Shown here one piece after another: positions 31,022 through 44,871 of a stretch of 64,000 nucleotides of DNA (within the stretch, counting starts at the first letter, position 1; each line of letters starts with the position of its first letter). Where the stretch lies: the NCBI GenBank assembly GCA_001687465.1, contig LVLI01000533.1:1-64000 (forward strand), in the 5' to 3' direction. The position numbers were made by a program, and so were the translations under genes. This DNA comes from Halocafeteria seosinensis (lineage: Eukaryota). The notes under the pieces are model-generated. The model was given only the letters and a program-made list of their open reading frames with translations. It was not told the origin of the DNA and searched no databases.

Positions 31022-34000
31022 ATGAGTGCCTGTGCAGAGACGGAGCAGCATCATGATGTTGATGAGAAGGCATCATCCTCATCTCCTGCGCCGGAGGTGA
31101 TGGCCAAGGACTGGGAAGTCATTACTGTTAGTCCCGGAGGGACCCGAGTGCTTCGTCCCATATTCGAGGATGACCACACAACAGGAGAACGCCGGCGAGT
31201 GGATGTGGCTCAGGTTACATACGAGACCTTGAATGCCATGCGCCAGGAGGAACCAGGAGGGCACTTCTCCTTGGAAGACAGTCGGCAAGTGTTAGAAGTA
31301 CGTCATTTCCATTTTACCTCTGCCATGAGATAGGAAAGTAACACTACAGCGTCTATGTTTCTTCGGCGGCTATTACAGGATGTGTTACACCCGGCAAGGA
31401 ATCTGGCCAAAGAGCTACCTCGGGAGCAAATCTTCTCCACGTGGACACCAGGGTTTGACCCGATGGTCTACAAAGTTCCTGAAAGTGACAAACTAATCGG
31501 TTTACTACCTAGGAAGAACCCCCTTTCCTTGCGTGTGGTAAGTTAGAGTATGTCAACACAAGATACTGACTCTGAAGAATTCACGTAGGTTTCCCTGCCG
31601 TCGCCCATCTTCAGGATGCTCTCTTGGGAGATGTTGCTAAACCTGTAGACAATTCAGACGTTCCTGCAGCGCAGCCATGGCCACTTCCAACGGTGGAATC
31701 TGTACTTCTTTCGGAGAAAAGAGTAGATCACGTGGACTTGCATAACATGTCCTCTTATGAAATCCGTGAGCAACTCCAATCCTCTAGTCTGGTGGACATG
31801 GCGAATAATATGAACTCTCAGTCGACAGAGCTATATACGCGGGGCAATAGTAATCGAATGGCAACAAGGAGCCTTACAGATACTACTGATGATGCTATTG
31901 AACTCCATAGGAAGGTGATTGAAGGATCCTGGTATTGGAGCGATGACGTACCCGTTCCTTCGTATGATTCCTGGAGGAACGCAGAATCCAATTCGGAAGA
32001 TATCATGAAAGCTCCTCTACTGACACATTTGGATACGGTTGGAGAAGGACTGCTCCCATCGCAATGTATTGGATGGGAAGATACCTCGGATCATCGTGCC
32101 AGGGCTACTGACATGGATCATGACGGTGGCGTTTCGCTATTCAAAGAATACATTTCCGAAACACACGTAGACGTGGTTGAAGAGTGTCTCCGCAGTGTGG
32201 ACGTACAATCGACAGAGCAACATCATTCAGTTGCTCTAGAAAACGTTCAACCTTGCATGGGGGACAGTAGGGACAGGGCAGAACCTGAGATATCTCTGTC
32301 ATCCTTGGAAAACTTATTAGAGCCGTGGACGTCGGCAAAGCACTCTACACCCAGCAGCGAGGCTGTCAAAAACATTGAGCATTCCTCTGGCGGAAAGAAA
32401 GCTAACATTACGGTCACACAGAAAGAAAGACGCCCCCAAGGGGATACCGATGCCGCCGCCTCCATCCGTTTGAGTGAGGCTTTTGTCAGTAACTTCGTAC
32501 AGCACAGTATTGGCGCAGATTCCCATAAGATTAGGTCAGATATTTGGACCACTGGTAGGGAGGACATAATGGAGGAAGATAAGGGAAGTAATATCGACTG
32601 TTCTAACGCTGAAATGAGGCATGACGAAGAAGTAAACCAGGATGACGATATGGAAGATGCCACGTTCTCGACCGATCTGACGACTACGCTGCATGATGAC
32701 GAGTGGGATGAGGAAGTGCGCAACGCTTTGGCATTTGAGGACGCAGTCAGTGGTAGGTCCTCGGCTATGGATATGAGTGCTTTGCGCAAGGCTCGCCAGA
32801 GACGCAGTGTACCGTCCAATCAGGAGTGGGCGATTGTAGATCGATTGTCCGAAGAAGAACTTGACACAGCCGAGGCTCAGCAGACGCCTGCATTTACTTG
32901 GGAATTTGAATTGGATTTGTTTCAGCGAGAAGCCATATACCATTTGGAGCGGAAGGAGTCTGTCTTTGTCGCCGCCCACACTAGCGCTGGCAAAACAGTC
33001 GTGGCAGAATATGCCATTGCCCTGTGCCAATCCCATTACACAAGATGTATTTATACCTCGCCAATCAAGGCTCTTAGTAATCAAAAATATCGAGACTTTC
33101 GAAACAAATTTGATGACGTTGGCCTAATCACGGGGGATGTCTCTGTTAAGCCTGAAGCATCTTGCCTCATTATGACCACCGAAATTTTGCGAAGCATGCT
33201 TTACAAAGGGGCAGACCTCATCAAGGATGTGGAATGGGTTATTTTTGATGAAGTACACTACGTCAACGACTCTGAACGCGGCGTTGTGTGGGAAGAGGTT
33301 ATCATTATGCTTCCGCCGCACATCGGGATGGTATTCTTGTCTGCGACTACTCCGAATACAGTGGAGTTCTCTGAGTGGATTGGTAGGACTAAGCGCCGAC
33401 CTGTGTATGTTGTCGTGACTCCACATCGCCCTATTCCCTTACAGCACTACATGTATATTGGTGGGAACACATGCATGATTATGGATTCCCGGGAGAGCAG
33501 TTTCCGAGAGCGCGCCTACAACAGCTTTTTGCGAAAATTCAAGGAAAAGGAAGAGGAGAAACTGGCGAAGAAACAGGAAAAGGTTCTGCAAAATGCCCAG
33601 GGTAAGAACAAAGGTAGGGTTCTACAAAGTGTAAACTCCCAAAACAAGAACCGTGGTCGAATGGGTGGAGCGGCGGATTCACGTGGTAAGGCAGGTCGTG
33701 CTGGCTGGCAGCAGCTGATACATCATTTGCGAGAACAGGAATTACTTCCCACGGTGGTCTTCTCTTTCAGCAAAAAACGATGTGAAGAATGTGCTGACGC
33801 GCTCGGCATCGTGGACTTGAATGATAGTTCCCAGAAGTCGAAAGTTCACATGTTTTGCAACTATGCCTTGCAACGGCTGAGCGGTAGCGACAGAAGACTT
33901 CCACAAGTTGTTAAAGTTCAGGAACTATTAGAACGAGGAATAGGTGTTCACCATGGAGGGCTACTTCCAATTTTGAAAGAGGTCACTGAAATTCTGTTTC

Positions 34001-36648
34001 AACGTGGATTAGTAAGAGTATTGTTTGCAACTGAGACATTTGCCATGGGGGTTAACATGCCGGCAAGAACGGTTGTGTTTAATGGTATCCGGAAACACGA
34101 CGGCCGCCAATTTCGCTTTCTGAATGCGGGTGAATATACCCAAATGTCCGGGAGAGCAGGAAGACGAGGATTGGATGCCACCGGTACTGTATATGTTGCG
34201 TCATTCGACCTCGAGAATGCTCCCGATGCCCCTACCCTGAAGAAGCTGCTGACTGGGTCATCGACTGAACTCTCTAGTCAGTTTCGCCTTACGTACAATA
34301 TGCTTCTAAACCTTTTACGTGTTGAAGATATGTCGGTAGAGGACATGATGAGGCGTTCATTTTCGGAATTTTCCACGCAAAGAGCCCTTACTGGAAAAGA
34401 CATTCCTATGCTCCTGTCTAGGGCTCGCCAGCGCTTGAAAACTCTCGAAGACCAATTGAAGGTCATAAGCGGCAAATATGTGGAGCAAATTCTCTCTTGG
34501 AATCATCAGACTCGTAATACATTGGAAGGAGTGTCAGGAGAAACTGGTAGTCCTGTTGAGCTGGAATGCCTGTCAGAGGCATGTAACAATTTTGCCTTGA
34601 ATCCCGAGTCTTACTTACGTCGCCTATTCAGCTCTGTAGCACACTTTTGTTCTCTCCAAGAGAAGGAGCTGGCTGAACAAGTGGGTAGTTGGAATCCAGG
34701 CTCAGAAGATCTAAAGCTCCCTCGAGAGGAAATAATTTGTTGCGGAAGGTTGTGTTTTCTCCACGATGGTCTGCCTAGCTCTCAGGATAGGCAGAAGTCA
34801 GCTGGAATCCCGTGGGTACCGGCCATCGTGTTAAGTGCACCTTCCGAACAGGATAAAGTGTTTGTCGTGGTGTTGGCGCCAGTAGGGTATCATCCGCCGA
34901 AGGCATCAGAACGGACAAAGGCTACATTGAGAGATCTGTTTCATTCGCAGAGTAATTTACATGGGGATAAAGCTTCGGGAGGATCCAAGACCAGGCATGA
35001 AGAAGACGACGATTTGTTGCTACAAGGACTTGGAGACAAGAAGGGTGGAAAATCGAAGAAGAAAGGAGGGAAGCAAAAGCGGATGACGTTAGACGATAGG
35101 AAAGAAGTGACGACTCGGCAACCTGGTAGCTCCACAAACAAACCGATTTTCCAAGGGTGGTTTGACGTAGACAGTTTCCTAGAGGACCTTCCGAGTGAAG
35201 AATGTGTGGATAGCGACGGATACCAAGGCTCCTTTGTTGGTTTACTGGAAGTGACTACGCAGCAGCTAAGTTTCGTTTCCAATATAGTAATGTCAGAGAA
35301 TGGACATGGGGATTTGTCCCGAGTCTGTCAGGCTGCGGAAGCATCCTCGAAGCTGTTTCCCAACGAGTTACGGGAAGATGATGATACTTCTGTAGAGTTA
35401 AAATTGGACAATGTCAGGACTGTCGGCAAAGGTTCCGAAGGGTTGCACACGGTGGTGACTGCAGAAGGGCGAGAATCCGCACAGGGTTTAGTATATGCAT
35501 CGGATGCGCTTCAGCGAATTGGTGAGGAATTGAAGGACTATTGTTTTTCAACACTAAAAGCAGCTTTAAGTAAAATAATGGATGGGGTAGATAGCAGTCC
35601 TTCCAGTATAGTCGAGAAATTATGTACTCGTAGTACACTGCTTCCTCGCATCTCTTGCCCTACTTTAAAGGATTGGAATGTCAGCACCGGAAACTGGAGC
35701 TCGTACCTGCTATCTTCGCTTTTACTACGCTGCTTTGTTGAGCCTCTTGCTGCTTCAAGTAACTTTCCAACTAAGCGGGAGCAACTACTACAAGGTGAAA
35801 GTAAAGAGGTGTTCCTCTCTGCTTTGGCCGTGTCGACGGATGATTCGCTCTTCCTGTGCGACGGTGACATCGATGCTGGCATTCCCGCGGCGTGGCTAGT
35901 GCAACAACGACAGCGAGAACTTTCGCGACAAATGGAAGAACTGAGGTACCGCGTCAGCAACGAAAGTTTATCTTTGTTCCCTGACTTCAAACAGCGTTTA
36001 AATGTTCTTGAGGAGCTAGGCTACATCAGTCCCGACCCGGAAACTGAGCATCTAAAACGATTAGAAGGGAGTAGTGAAATCAGTAGGGCACTAAGCGCAA
36101 CGGTGGCTCTAAAAGGACGGGTAGCCTGTGAAATCAATACATGTGATGAACTTGTTTTGACCGAAACCATTTTCGAAGACATTTTTGGAAATTTGGATGC
36201 CGCCGAATCCGTGGCCATTCTGTCTGCGCTTGTCTACCAGGGAAAAAACACAGACGACGATTCCGGTCTCTCAAAGGGGGTCACGTCAGACGCTCTTGTA
36301 GATGCCATAGATAAAGTCAATAGTATCGCTGTCTCTTTGGGGCGTGTACAGGCTAATGCCGGTTTAGAGATTATTCCGAGTGAGTATGCCCGAAGTGGGC
36401 TCCATTGGGGACTTACAATGCCTGTGTACCAATGGGCTCGGCATATGCCATTCACGGAGATATGCAACCTAACGGACGTTCCCGAAGGCACGATCGTACG
36501 CACTGTGACTCGGTTAGACGAGACCTGCCGTGAAGTTCGGAATGCGGCTAGGGTGATTGGGGACCCGGAGTTATTTAGCAAAATGGAAGAGGCCTCTACT
36601 CTAATCAAACGAGATGTTGTTTTCGCCGCCTCCTTGTACATTGACTGA
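31022..36648 (+). CDS. SKIV2L: SKI2-like DExH RNA helicase; about 3 exons
   Basis: FELDLFQREAI, AAHTSAGKT, SPIKALSNQK, DEVHY, SAT, GVHHGG, TETFAMGVNMPA, QMSGRAGRRG, and a DSHCT tail ending IKRDVVFAASLY. Long N-terminal region fits Ski2 better than Mtr4. Confidence 0.93.
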
Positions 36649-36745
36649 AATAGTAACAAATAAATAAGTATATATTTTCTAAGGACTCCTTGTGTTACGT
36701 GAATCTTTCTACAATTCTCAATTTTGTATTTGGGTCAAGTCGGTC

Positions 36746-38735
36746 TTAACTGAGCTTTTTCTCCAGCAAAGTTTGCTCATGGAGCCCCCATCTATCTTCG
36801 TCCAGAGTGTGTTCCAGTTCCTTGGATTTCTGTAGCCATTCTCGTGCTTCATCTAGGCGGCCTAAGGAATCAAGACACTGAGAGATCTTCAATCGATTCA
36901 CCATCCAAAATCCAGCTTCTAAGGACTCGGCCTTGTGAAAATATTCCAACGCTTCTTGAATCGTAGCACTGGGAGGTTCTCCAAATATCGCGGTAGCAAG
37001 TTTTCTCTCCCACCACCCAACTTTCGATACCTCATAAGCCCAAGTGCCCAATACTGCAATCACCAGTAGCTAAGACATAACACTACTATACATGTGCCAA
37101 CGGAAACGCTATGTGCTTACTGTAGTATCCTTGCGCATCTTTAGGATTGATTTCGACGCACCGCTTAGCATATTCTCTGATTTTATAAGCGTTCTTGATA
37201 GAGTCTTGAAGCGACCCACCGTATTGGGCGAGCAGAACCGCAGCCCATTTGTTAGCTTCGCAACTCTTTTCGTTCAATTCTAGTGAACGCACCACGTGGG
37301 TGTACCCTTCTCGGATGACGGCAATACGGGACTCCCTGTCACTTTTGGATTCTTTCGCAGGTCCACCAGTTTGACGGCACATTCGGTTTGCTCGAGCGTT
37401 GGACGCTCTGCCAATGCGCCATTCAATTTCTGCAAGCTCTTGATTCTCATTTGTACGCTCCAGCAACAACCGTAATGCCTTTTCTTCTTTCTCGCATTCT
37501 TGATTTTTATGTAATGCATCGCACTCATCCAGCACTTCCCGAACGGGCTTCTCCGACTCTTTATGTTCTCTTGGTTGTTGTTGAGCCACCTGCTGCGTCC
37601 CACCGTTGGCTGTCTTTGAAGCGTGTCTGGCATCTTTTCGAGGCTTCTTGTGCATTTCGGCTGTAGCATTCCTTATAGGACCATCTTGTAACGCCGACTG
37701 ACCTGGGGATAGTTCAACTACTGCTTTGGCTATCATCAAGGTGGAACCAATGGCCAGAATTGGAAAAATAGCCTTTTGAATACTTAGAGGCCCACCCAAT
37801 TCATCAATCGACCCCGACGAAAACCGGAAGCGAAAGCCTATGTACGAAGTTACGAGAACTTGAAAACTCAACAGGACGAAAAACATAACCTGTGGGGCAC
37901 AACATGCAGCAGCACAAGTATTGTAAAACTCGCTCCAGCAGTAACATCAAAGAAAACGTACCATCAGCTGCCGATTTCGACGCTGAACGGGATCCTCTGT
38001 TTTGGAGTTGACGCCCTTGAAAAGAGACTTTACTTTGTTGAACAGCCCGTCATCACTAGCGGAGCCGGATGACTCTGAGCACTTCCCAGTGTAAGGCTCT
38101 CGTTGTACTTCTGCTTCTGTGTCCCATCCAGAGAAACATTCTTTCAATGGTTCTGGTGGATCACCCTGCATCCATAAAGATCCCAACATACATCAATAGT
38201 GAAATGAAACTACAGTAAAGGAACAAACGTCCACACACATATAAACAACAAACACACTTACCCTCTCTTCTACGAGAGCTCGTTCCTGAATCAGCCGCGG
38301 TACGAGTGTGACGTGATCGACTTCACCCCCGTCGGCAGCACGAGTCTCTTTCTCGTGGGATTCCATCGTCTCCGAATCTCGACGACGACGCCGAGGGTCC
38401 TGTCGATGCTGGTAATAATAGTACACTCCCGTGCCCACAGCCACCGTCAACGTGCCACCACAGACAGCGACCGTGGCGAGTGTGGACCAGAATTCGCGAG
38501 GCTGTACAGTCGTGCGCGCCTTCCCAAACATGGGGTATCCCAATAAAGTACTGGGAGCGCAGAGTAATTCCTGCCATCGCCTCCGGAAAAATCCTCCAAT
38601 TCCCTGCACGAGGGAGCGTCCACCATACGATGTTGATGATGGGTAAGTTGCAGTGGTACTTGGTGCTGGTGGTGGTGGCCCTGGAGGACCTCTTGTGGGG
38701 CGTGAGGAGCCTGTATATGGCGTGGAAGATGGCAT
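36746..38735 (-). CDS. RMDN: Regulator of microtubule dynamics (RMDN/FAM82) TPR protein with extended hydrophobic N-terminus; 4 exons
   Basis: WRIGRA, ANKWAAV, IKNAYKIREY..EINPKD, WAYEVSKVGWWERKLATAIFGEPPSATIQEALEYFHKAE. In-frame GT-AG junctions link the ORFs at 38193-38735, 37947-38189, 37086-37886 and 36746-37063. Confidence 0.85.
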
Positions 38736-39028
38736 TTTGTGGCGCTAGCGGACCTAGCTTTAACTCATCTCAACCGCAACAGCAGAGCACTACCAAACGC
38801 GCCACACCCGTATATACGGTACAAAAGCATACACTATACCCACAGAAACAACCATGGATGCTGTGGTAGTCTGCTTGCAATGCAATGAAATGAGGAAAGT
38901 CTTAAGTTGAAGTTTGGACCCCTGGAATTCAAAATTCGAATGCGGGAGACTTGGTCGTCAAATGTAAATAATTCATTTTCCAGTTTTCTGAATGATATTG
39001 ACATAACCAATCATAATTGGTACAAATC

Positions 39029-39184
39029 AATTTATGTTACTTTCGGTGAGGATTGTTCTATTTATTCCTTCATGCGTACATTAGTCTTGATTATGTAGAC
39101 CAATCCAATTTATGTTACTTTCGGTGAGGTTTGTTCCAGTGTTGTTGTTCTGTTTACTCCTTCATACGTACATTAGTCTTGATT
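39029..39184. repeat. Imperfect tandem duplication (2 copies, ~80-bp period)
   Basis: AATTTATGTTACTTTCGGTGAGG...CCTTCATRCGTACATTAGTCTTGATT occurs twice. Confidence 0.8.
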
Positions 39185-39668
39185 GAAATGGATTCTTATT
39201 TTTCAACTGTGTCCGTATGTAGACCATTTCTCTGGGAATGGTTGAAATATCGGTATGACGGGGTAAACTCAACCGCCACTTCGGAATTTTTTTTCGTGAT
39301 ACAACACAACGGGTTCTTCCAAATTTTATTTTCGACCACATATAGTGAGATATTTACCTAGTGGCTTCTTTGGTGGTTCACAAAGTGCAAAGGGCGCTTC
39401 GCACTGCTGTGTATTGTTTCGAATGAGGCGATTCATGTGCATCGAATCAACGCGAAATCCTCCGTTACTAGTGAACTTCCGAACAAGCGCTTCGAAACTC
39501 CTGTCGAATGTACATGTAGGGTCGCGAAAAGATATCCACTCATTGGTGGTGTATGACGTTCGATTCGAGAGCTCTGCAAACCAACCGTCACCAGAAGCAT
39601 TTGAAGGCTGAACCACACTGTAAGCGGGACTGGCTACTTGTCTTCATTCGTCTTCGTCTTTAAGCGTT

Positions 39669-40452
39669 TCATCCCATACACGTATCCTCATGTTCTTGCG
39701 AAAACTGATTTGGCCTATGATGAAGCATTTCGACGCAAGGCGGGCATACCTCCGCTATTCCACCAGGGAAGTGTTCCAAACACTTGCAAGGAGTACAGAG
39801 GAGGTTTGAACAGGACGCACACGACGTCGCACATCCCAAACAAGTGTGCTTTAGACAAAACGAGCATTGGGCTGTATGGTTCGCCACTTGCTGAGCACAG
39901 TTACTACACGTGTGAGTGATTCTAGGCTCCCCACTACTTGCATCATCCTCAGACTTGCCGTTGTTCCTTCCGAAGGGGAGAACTTGCTGTGTCCACTGGG
40001 AACGTCCAGATCGACCAGAAGTTTCATCAGATATTGAATTATGTTGTCCTCCTTGTTCCGTGTGACTAATTCCATGGTCTACTTCCCTTTCCTCATCTTG
40101 TGTTTGCTGCTGCTTGTACAAGCGCTGCCCATTTTCCATCAGAGTATTCCAAACAGTACATCTCCCATTCCCAGTGCCGCAGACTGAAGATCCTGGAATA
40201 GTGCATCCAAGTGCTCGTAAGAATATCCAATGCAAAAAGCTATGATTGAAGGGAATGTCTCTTACTTTGAGAAGGCTCGGTTTCGCCAGCACGATGAGGT
40301 TCGGATCCGCGTTCATGCCGCCTTTTCTTACCTCCACCTGAAGCCATAGATGCCGCAGAGGATGGAGAACGTAGACTGGAGAGAACATATTCTTCCTGCA
40401 ATGGTGGTGGCGCGTCGTCAGCTATGGGTCTCGCACGTTTGAGTCCACACAT
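39669..40452 (-). CDS. Siva-like Cys-rich zinc-finger protein; 2 exons
   Basis: N-terminal LKRARPIADDAPPPLQ. Intron 40193-40265 keeps the frame. C-terminal array of six CxxC pairs (CSNC, CSFC, CLGC, CASC, CTPC, CPPC). Confidence 0.65.
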
Positions 40453-41210
40453 TTGGAATGTGCCAGCACCTTGTGAAGTAGTTTGCATTGTATTGATCAT
40501 CATATTCAGTTGTTTGCATGGCCTAGTACCCGTTCCATTTCAAAATAATTTAAGGGGCCCAAGCAGACTGTGTGTCTTAGAAGTGGCAATCCTAGTGTGT
40601 ATGGACTCTATTAACGCGGAGACGTCCTCACACGGCATTTGAAATGTGCAATTCAAATGGCGGATTTTCCCGGGTTGCCTCTGTACCGTACAACTTGTAC
40701 GCGCCGAATTGACTCTAGAACAAGAGTGCGTGCTTTGCAACTAGAAAGGAAGAAGAATTCGGGCAGAAGCTTTCTGTTAGAGCATTCGCCAATATAGTAT
40801 TAAACGAAATGGTCACAATCTGCTCCCATGTAGGTGGTGAGTTCAATAAATCCTACTACCAGTTGTAGCCTTAGGAACGCGGGTCCAAGTGTCGGGTGTT
40901 CAAGTTTGTCTTGAAAACAGCATCTGCTACACACGCACACCGGGAAGGGGGGTGATGCTAGCAATGTAGTTTTACAGAGGGCTGGGCGAATTGGAGACTT
41001 CTTCCTTGAAGTAAATTGCAAGTTGAAGTTCCGTACAGAGGTTGTACAAGTGTAGCCGGCACTATACCACACATCGATATACCGGCCCTCTACGGTCAGA
41101 GTTGTCAAGAAAGTCGTCCATATCCACTCTTGTGCGGCGTGTATGAATCCATTGTGCTCTTGATTCATACACACACACGGAGAAGGAGAGAGAGAGAGAG
41201 ACGGGCAACA

Positions 41211-44200
41211 ATGTCTCAAGTCATGGAATTGGAGCATCCTGATGCTGTATTAAGTGTTGTCACGTTGCCAGGGCTTATTTGTACAGGTTGCCAGGATGCC
41301 AAAATTCGCATTTTCGATGCAACGACATTTCGTTGCCTCACGGTCCTGACGGACCATTCAAGAGCGGTCCTTGCGCTCCGAACTCTGCAGTACCAACGAC
41401 TTGAGAATGCAACAAAAAGGAACGAAGCTCCTCGGGATATTAACTTGCTCCTTTCAGCGTCGGGGGACCAAACTCTGCGGATCTATCAGGTTGAGAGGCG
41501 GAACTGCACTAGTTCTAGGGAGGGAAGTAGCAGCCCTGAGAGAGAAGGTGCTGCTGGGGAACATGTCAGCTGCCGAGCTACGTGCGTTTCGGTAATCAAT
41601 GGTCAACCGTACGGCATGGGGGCATGTCTCTCCATGACCTGCGCAATTACACCCAGCATCAGTACCGTCAGCGAATATGACAATGAGCGCTTCACCCTCC
41701 ACATTTTCGCCGGATTTCAGAACACGCGGATATTGTTGTATCAGTCCGTGATAGAAATCGAGGAAGTGTACGTGGAGGAGCAACAGTTATGGTCCACGCA
41801 GCTTCGATCGCTCGCTTCAGATGGTGCAGCTGTGGCTGCGCATAGTGGAGGTGTGTACAGTTTACTTCTGGTGTATAGGTCAAGTGCAGATGATAAACCA
41901 TCGGCAACGGGAAGAACTATCTGCAATCCACCCACGTTTTCATTGCACAGCGGTGAATGGCGACTATTCTCTTCGGCGGCAGATGGAAGGGTCTGTGTCT
42001 GGCAGATTTGCGCTGCATCGTACGCGTCTTCCTCTGTGAACTCTGATGACAAATCCTGTTCGTCCACGGATGAGCAGCAAAATGAGCTTGCTGACTATTT
42101 GATAACACTGGAGCATCTCTATGTGCTTCACGGACATACAGATTCAGTGCACTGTGTCACCTTGATAAACAATAACATTTTCACCGGGTCAGAAGATGCG
42201 ACTGTAAGTAATTAAGTTACTTTACTTAGCCCTAGCTTGAGCGTGCCTTCTTTCACGAATAGCAATGCTTTGGGTTTTGTCCAGATCCGAGTATATGACT
42301 ACGACACATTTGCATGCAAGTGTGCCCTTGCTGGACACTCGGGAGCTGTCCTTTCGATGACCCAAATACATTCCAAGAATGCAGCACAGTCCTCGGACAC
42401 AAATGGTGGTGGGAAAGATACCGGGATTTACCTTTGTTCCGGATCGGACGATGGCACGATCAGGATATGGGACGCTTCCACTCTACAACCTGTATTTTGT
42501 CTAAGGCACAGTCCTTTTGCAAAAGAGGGTTGCATTGTTATGTCTCTAGCTACCACTGTCCGCTGGAGAGCCCTTTCGGTTGTAAGTGGGCAGTCGAACT
42601 TGTTATACACGATGCGAAGTGAATTTCCCGACGGCTTGGGTTCCTCACCGCTTCTCTTGAGTGCGGGGAGCGATGGTACATTGCGTTTGCTCAAACTTAA
42701 TCAACGAATGCTTACCGGTAATGAGACTTCGTCTCAGGAGCAACAGAGAGAGCACTTCTTAAGCAGCTCCGAAAAAGGCGATTTCGAGGGGAGTCATGAC
42801 GGAGAGATTCAGAGAATGGACTCATCTATGATATATCCTGGGTTAGGTGAACTTCGTGCGGGGCCTGGGCGGTCGAGATCTGCACCTGTTGAACCACATT
42901 TCGAATCACAGAGGTTGTCGGCCACCCCGTTTACGATCAATGCTTTGGAGAAGAACACATTTCGTAAGAGAATGTTTCGGCAGGTTGCTGGGAAAGAGTT
43001 TGCGTACGCTGATGAGACACCAGAAACAGGGGCAAAGTGTTCACCTAGAATATCCCCCCAATCACATCGCACCGGTGCAGTACCAGCCGTACCCACGCTA
43101 AATGCGCAATCCACAAAGTCATCAGGCCGCAATCGGTCGGATTCTGACTTATTTGATTATTTGACAGATCATTCCTTACTTCTAGTGCCTAAAGACAAAC
43201 AAGTACACGGGCAGCGGTTGCACCGACAAGAGACGTTCTATGAAGATGAGACTACGCTGTTTCCATCCTCTGATAGTGCCCAGGACAGCGAGGCCAATTA
43301 TCCCCGCATTCAGCTTGACCAGAGCAGCTTAGTGAAGAGTCTTTCTGAGTTTGTATCTATTCGAAGTGTCAGTAAGAGCAGTGCTTGTGTTAACGAATGC
43401 TGGCGTGCTGCGCGTTTCGTGCTCAACATATTGGATAGCATTGGAGCGGACGTGTGCTTAGTTCAATGCGTAGAAAACACCAATCCTGTCGTAATCGGTC
43501 GTCTGGGGTACAAAACAGAAGCTCCTACCATAGTTCTCCATGGCCACTACGATGTACAACCTGCTCACGAATCATATGGCTGGAAGAGTCACCCTTTCGC
43601 AATGAGAGGAGTGGATGGCTATTTGTACGGCCGCGGTGCAACGGACAATAAGGGACCGCTTCTCGCCAGTATTTTTGCAGCGGCTCAAGCCTATTATGGC
43701 ATGTATGATGTAGAGCAAGACAGACAAGTGAACTTTTGCTTCATCATCGAAGGTGAGGGGGAAAACGGATCTCATGGTTTCAAAGAGGCTGTAGAGAGTA
43801 ATCTAAACTGGTTTACGGCAAACGGCAGAGTGCCAACACTACTTGTCAACACGAACAATGTGTGGCTAGATGATAACACTCCTTGTTTGACGTACGGAAT
43901 GAGAGGGTTGACTAAAATCTCGGTAGAGGTTGAAACTGCCCATGGGACGGACATCCACAGTGGGACCGGAGGTGGTTGCCCCGAGCCGCTCATTGACCTA
44001 TGCTCCCTACTCGGAAAACTAGTTGATGATGAAACGGGCGAGGTACTTATTGATCATTTCTACGATACTGTAGCGTCTATCTCCTCCGATGAGGCGGGCT
44101 TGTATTCCAAGATCGAAGATATCTCTGGTCATAGCGCTCTGGAGCTGACGAAGCGATGGCGACAACCGGCTATTTCTGTTCACAGTGTGCAAACGTCCTC

Positions 44201-44860
44201 GTATAATGACTCGGTGATTCCTCGAAAGTATGTCACTTTGCTCGGTCCACTATTCTGTGTGTTTACGCAGATGTTGTATTAATGTTCCGCTACAGGGCTG
44301 TTGCTTGTGTGACTGTGCGAACAGTTCCGGATCAAAGCACCAACGAAGTTTTCTCACGAATAGGTCGCCATTTGGCGAATCATATGTCAAAGAGAAAAGG
44401 GAACAACATATTGACTGTATCTTTAGTCTCTTCTGCCCAATGGTGGATACAGAATCCGTTTACTGATACCTTCCAGGTAACGAGGCACCAGTAGTTGTTC
44501 ACTGCTCTCAAGACATTCCCACACACAATACCATGCTCTGTATCCAGGCTGCCGCCAAGTCTATAAGAGAACACTGGGGATGTGAACCCCTCTATATCAG
44601 AGAAGGTGGGACAATGAGGGTTACACCCTTTCTAGAAGCTGCGATCGGTAAGCGAAGTTGTCTCGTTCTACAGGGGTGTTTGCACGAACGTAATTCCATG
44701 TAACGCAGGCTGTCCAGCGCTACATTTCCCAATCGGGCAAGCCTCAGATAGTCCTCACGAGCCAAACGAGCGTATTCGCTTATTAAATTTGGTAAAAGGA
44801 ATGGATGTGATGCGATCGACTTTCTTTCGACTTGGGAAGCGTCAATTTCTCAGCTCCTGA
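41211..44860 (+). CDS. DUG2: DUG2-like WD40-repeat plus M20 peptidase-fold fusion; multi-exon
   Basis: WD40 motifs (GH..V..L, SGSDDGTIRIWD) followed by M20 motifs HGHYDVQPA, GRGATDNKGP, YGMRG, DIHSG, REGG and SDSPHEPNERI. Confidence 0.85.
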
Positions 44861-44871
44861 GAAAAAGCACA

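Noticed and set aside
39326..39616. 96-aa minus-strand ORF downstream of the Siva-like gene
   Set aside because: Non-ATG start and no recognisable family; at most a decayed fragment.
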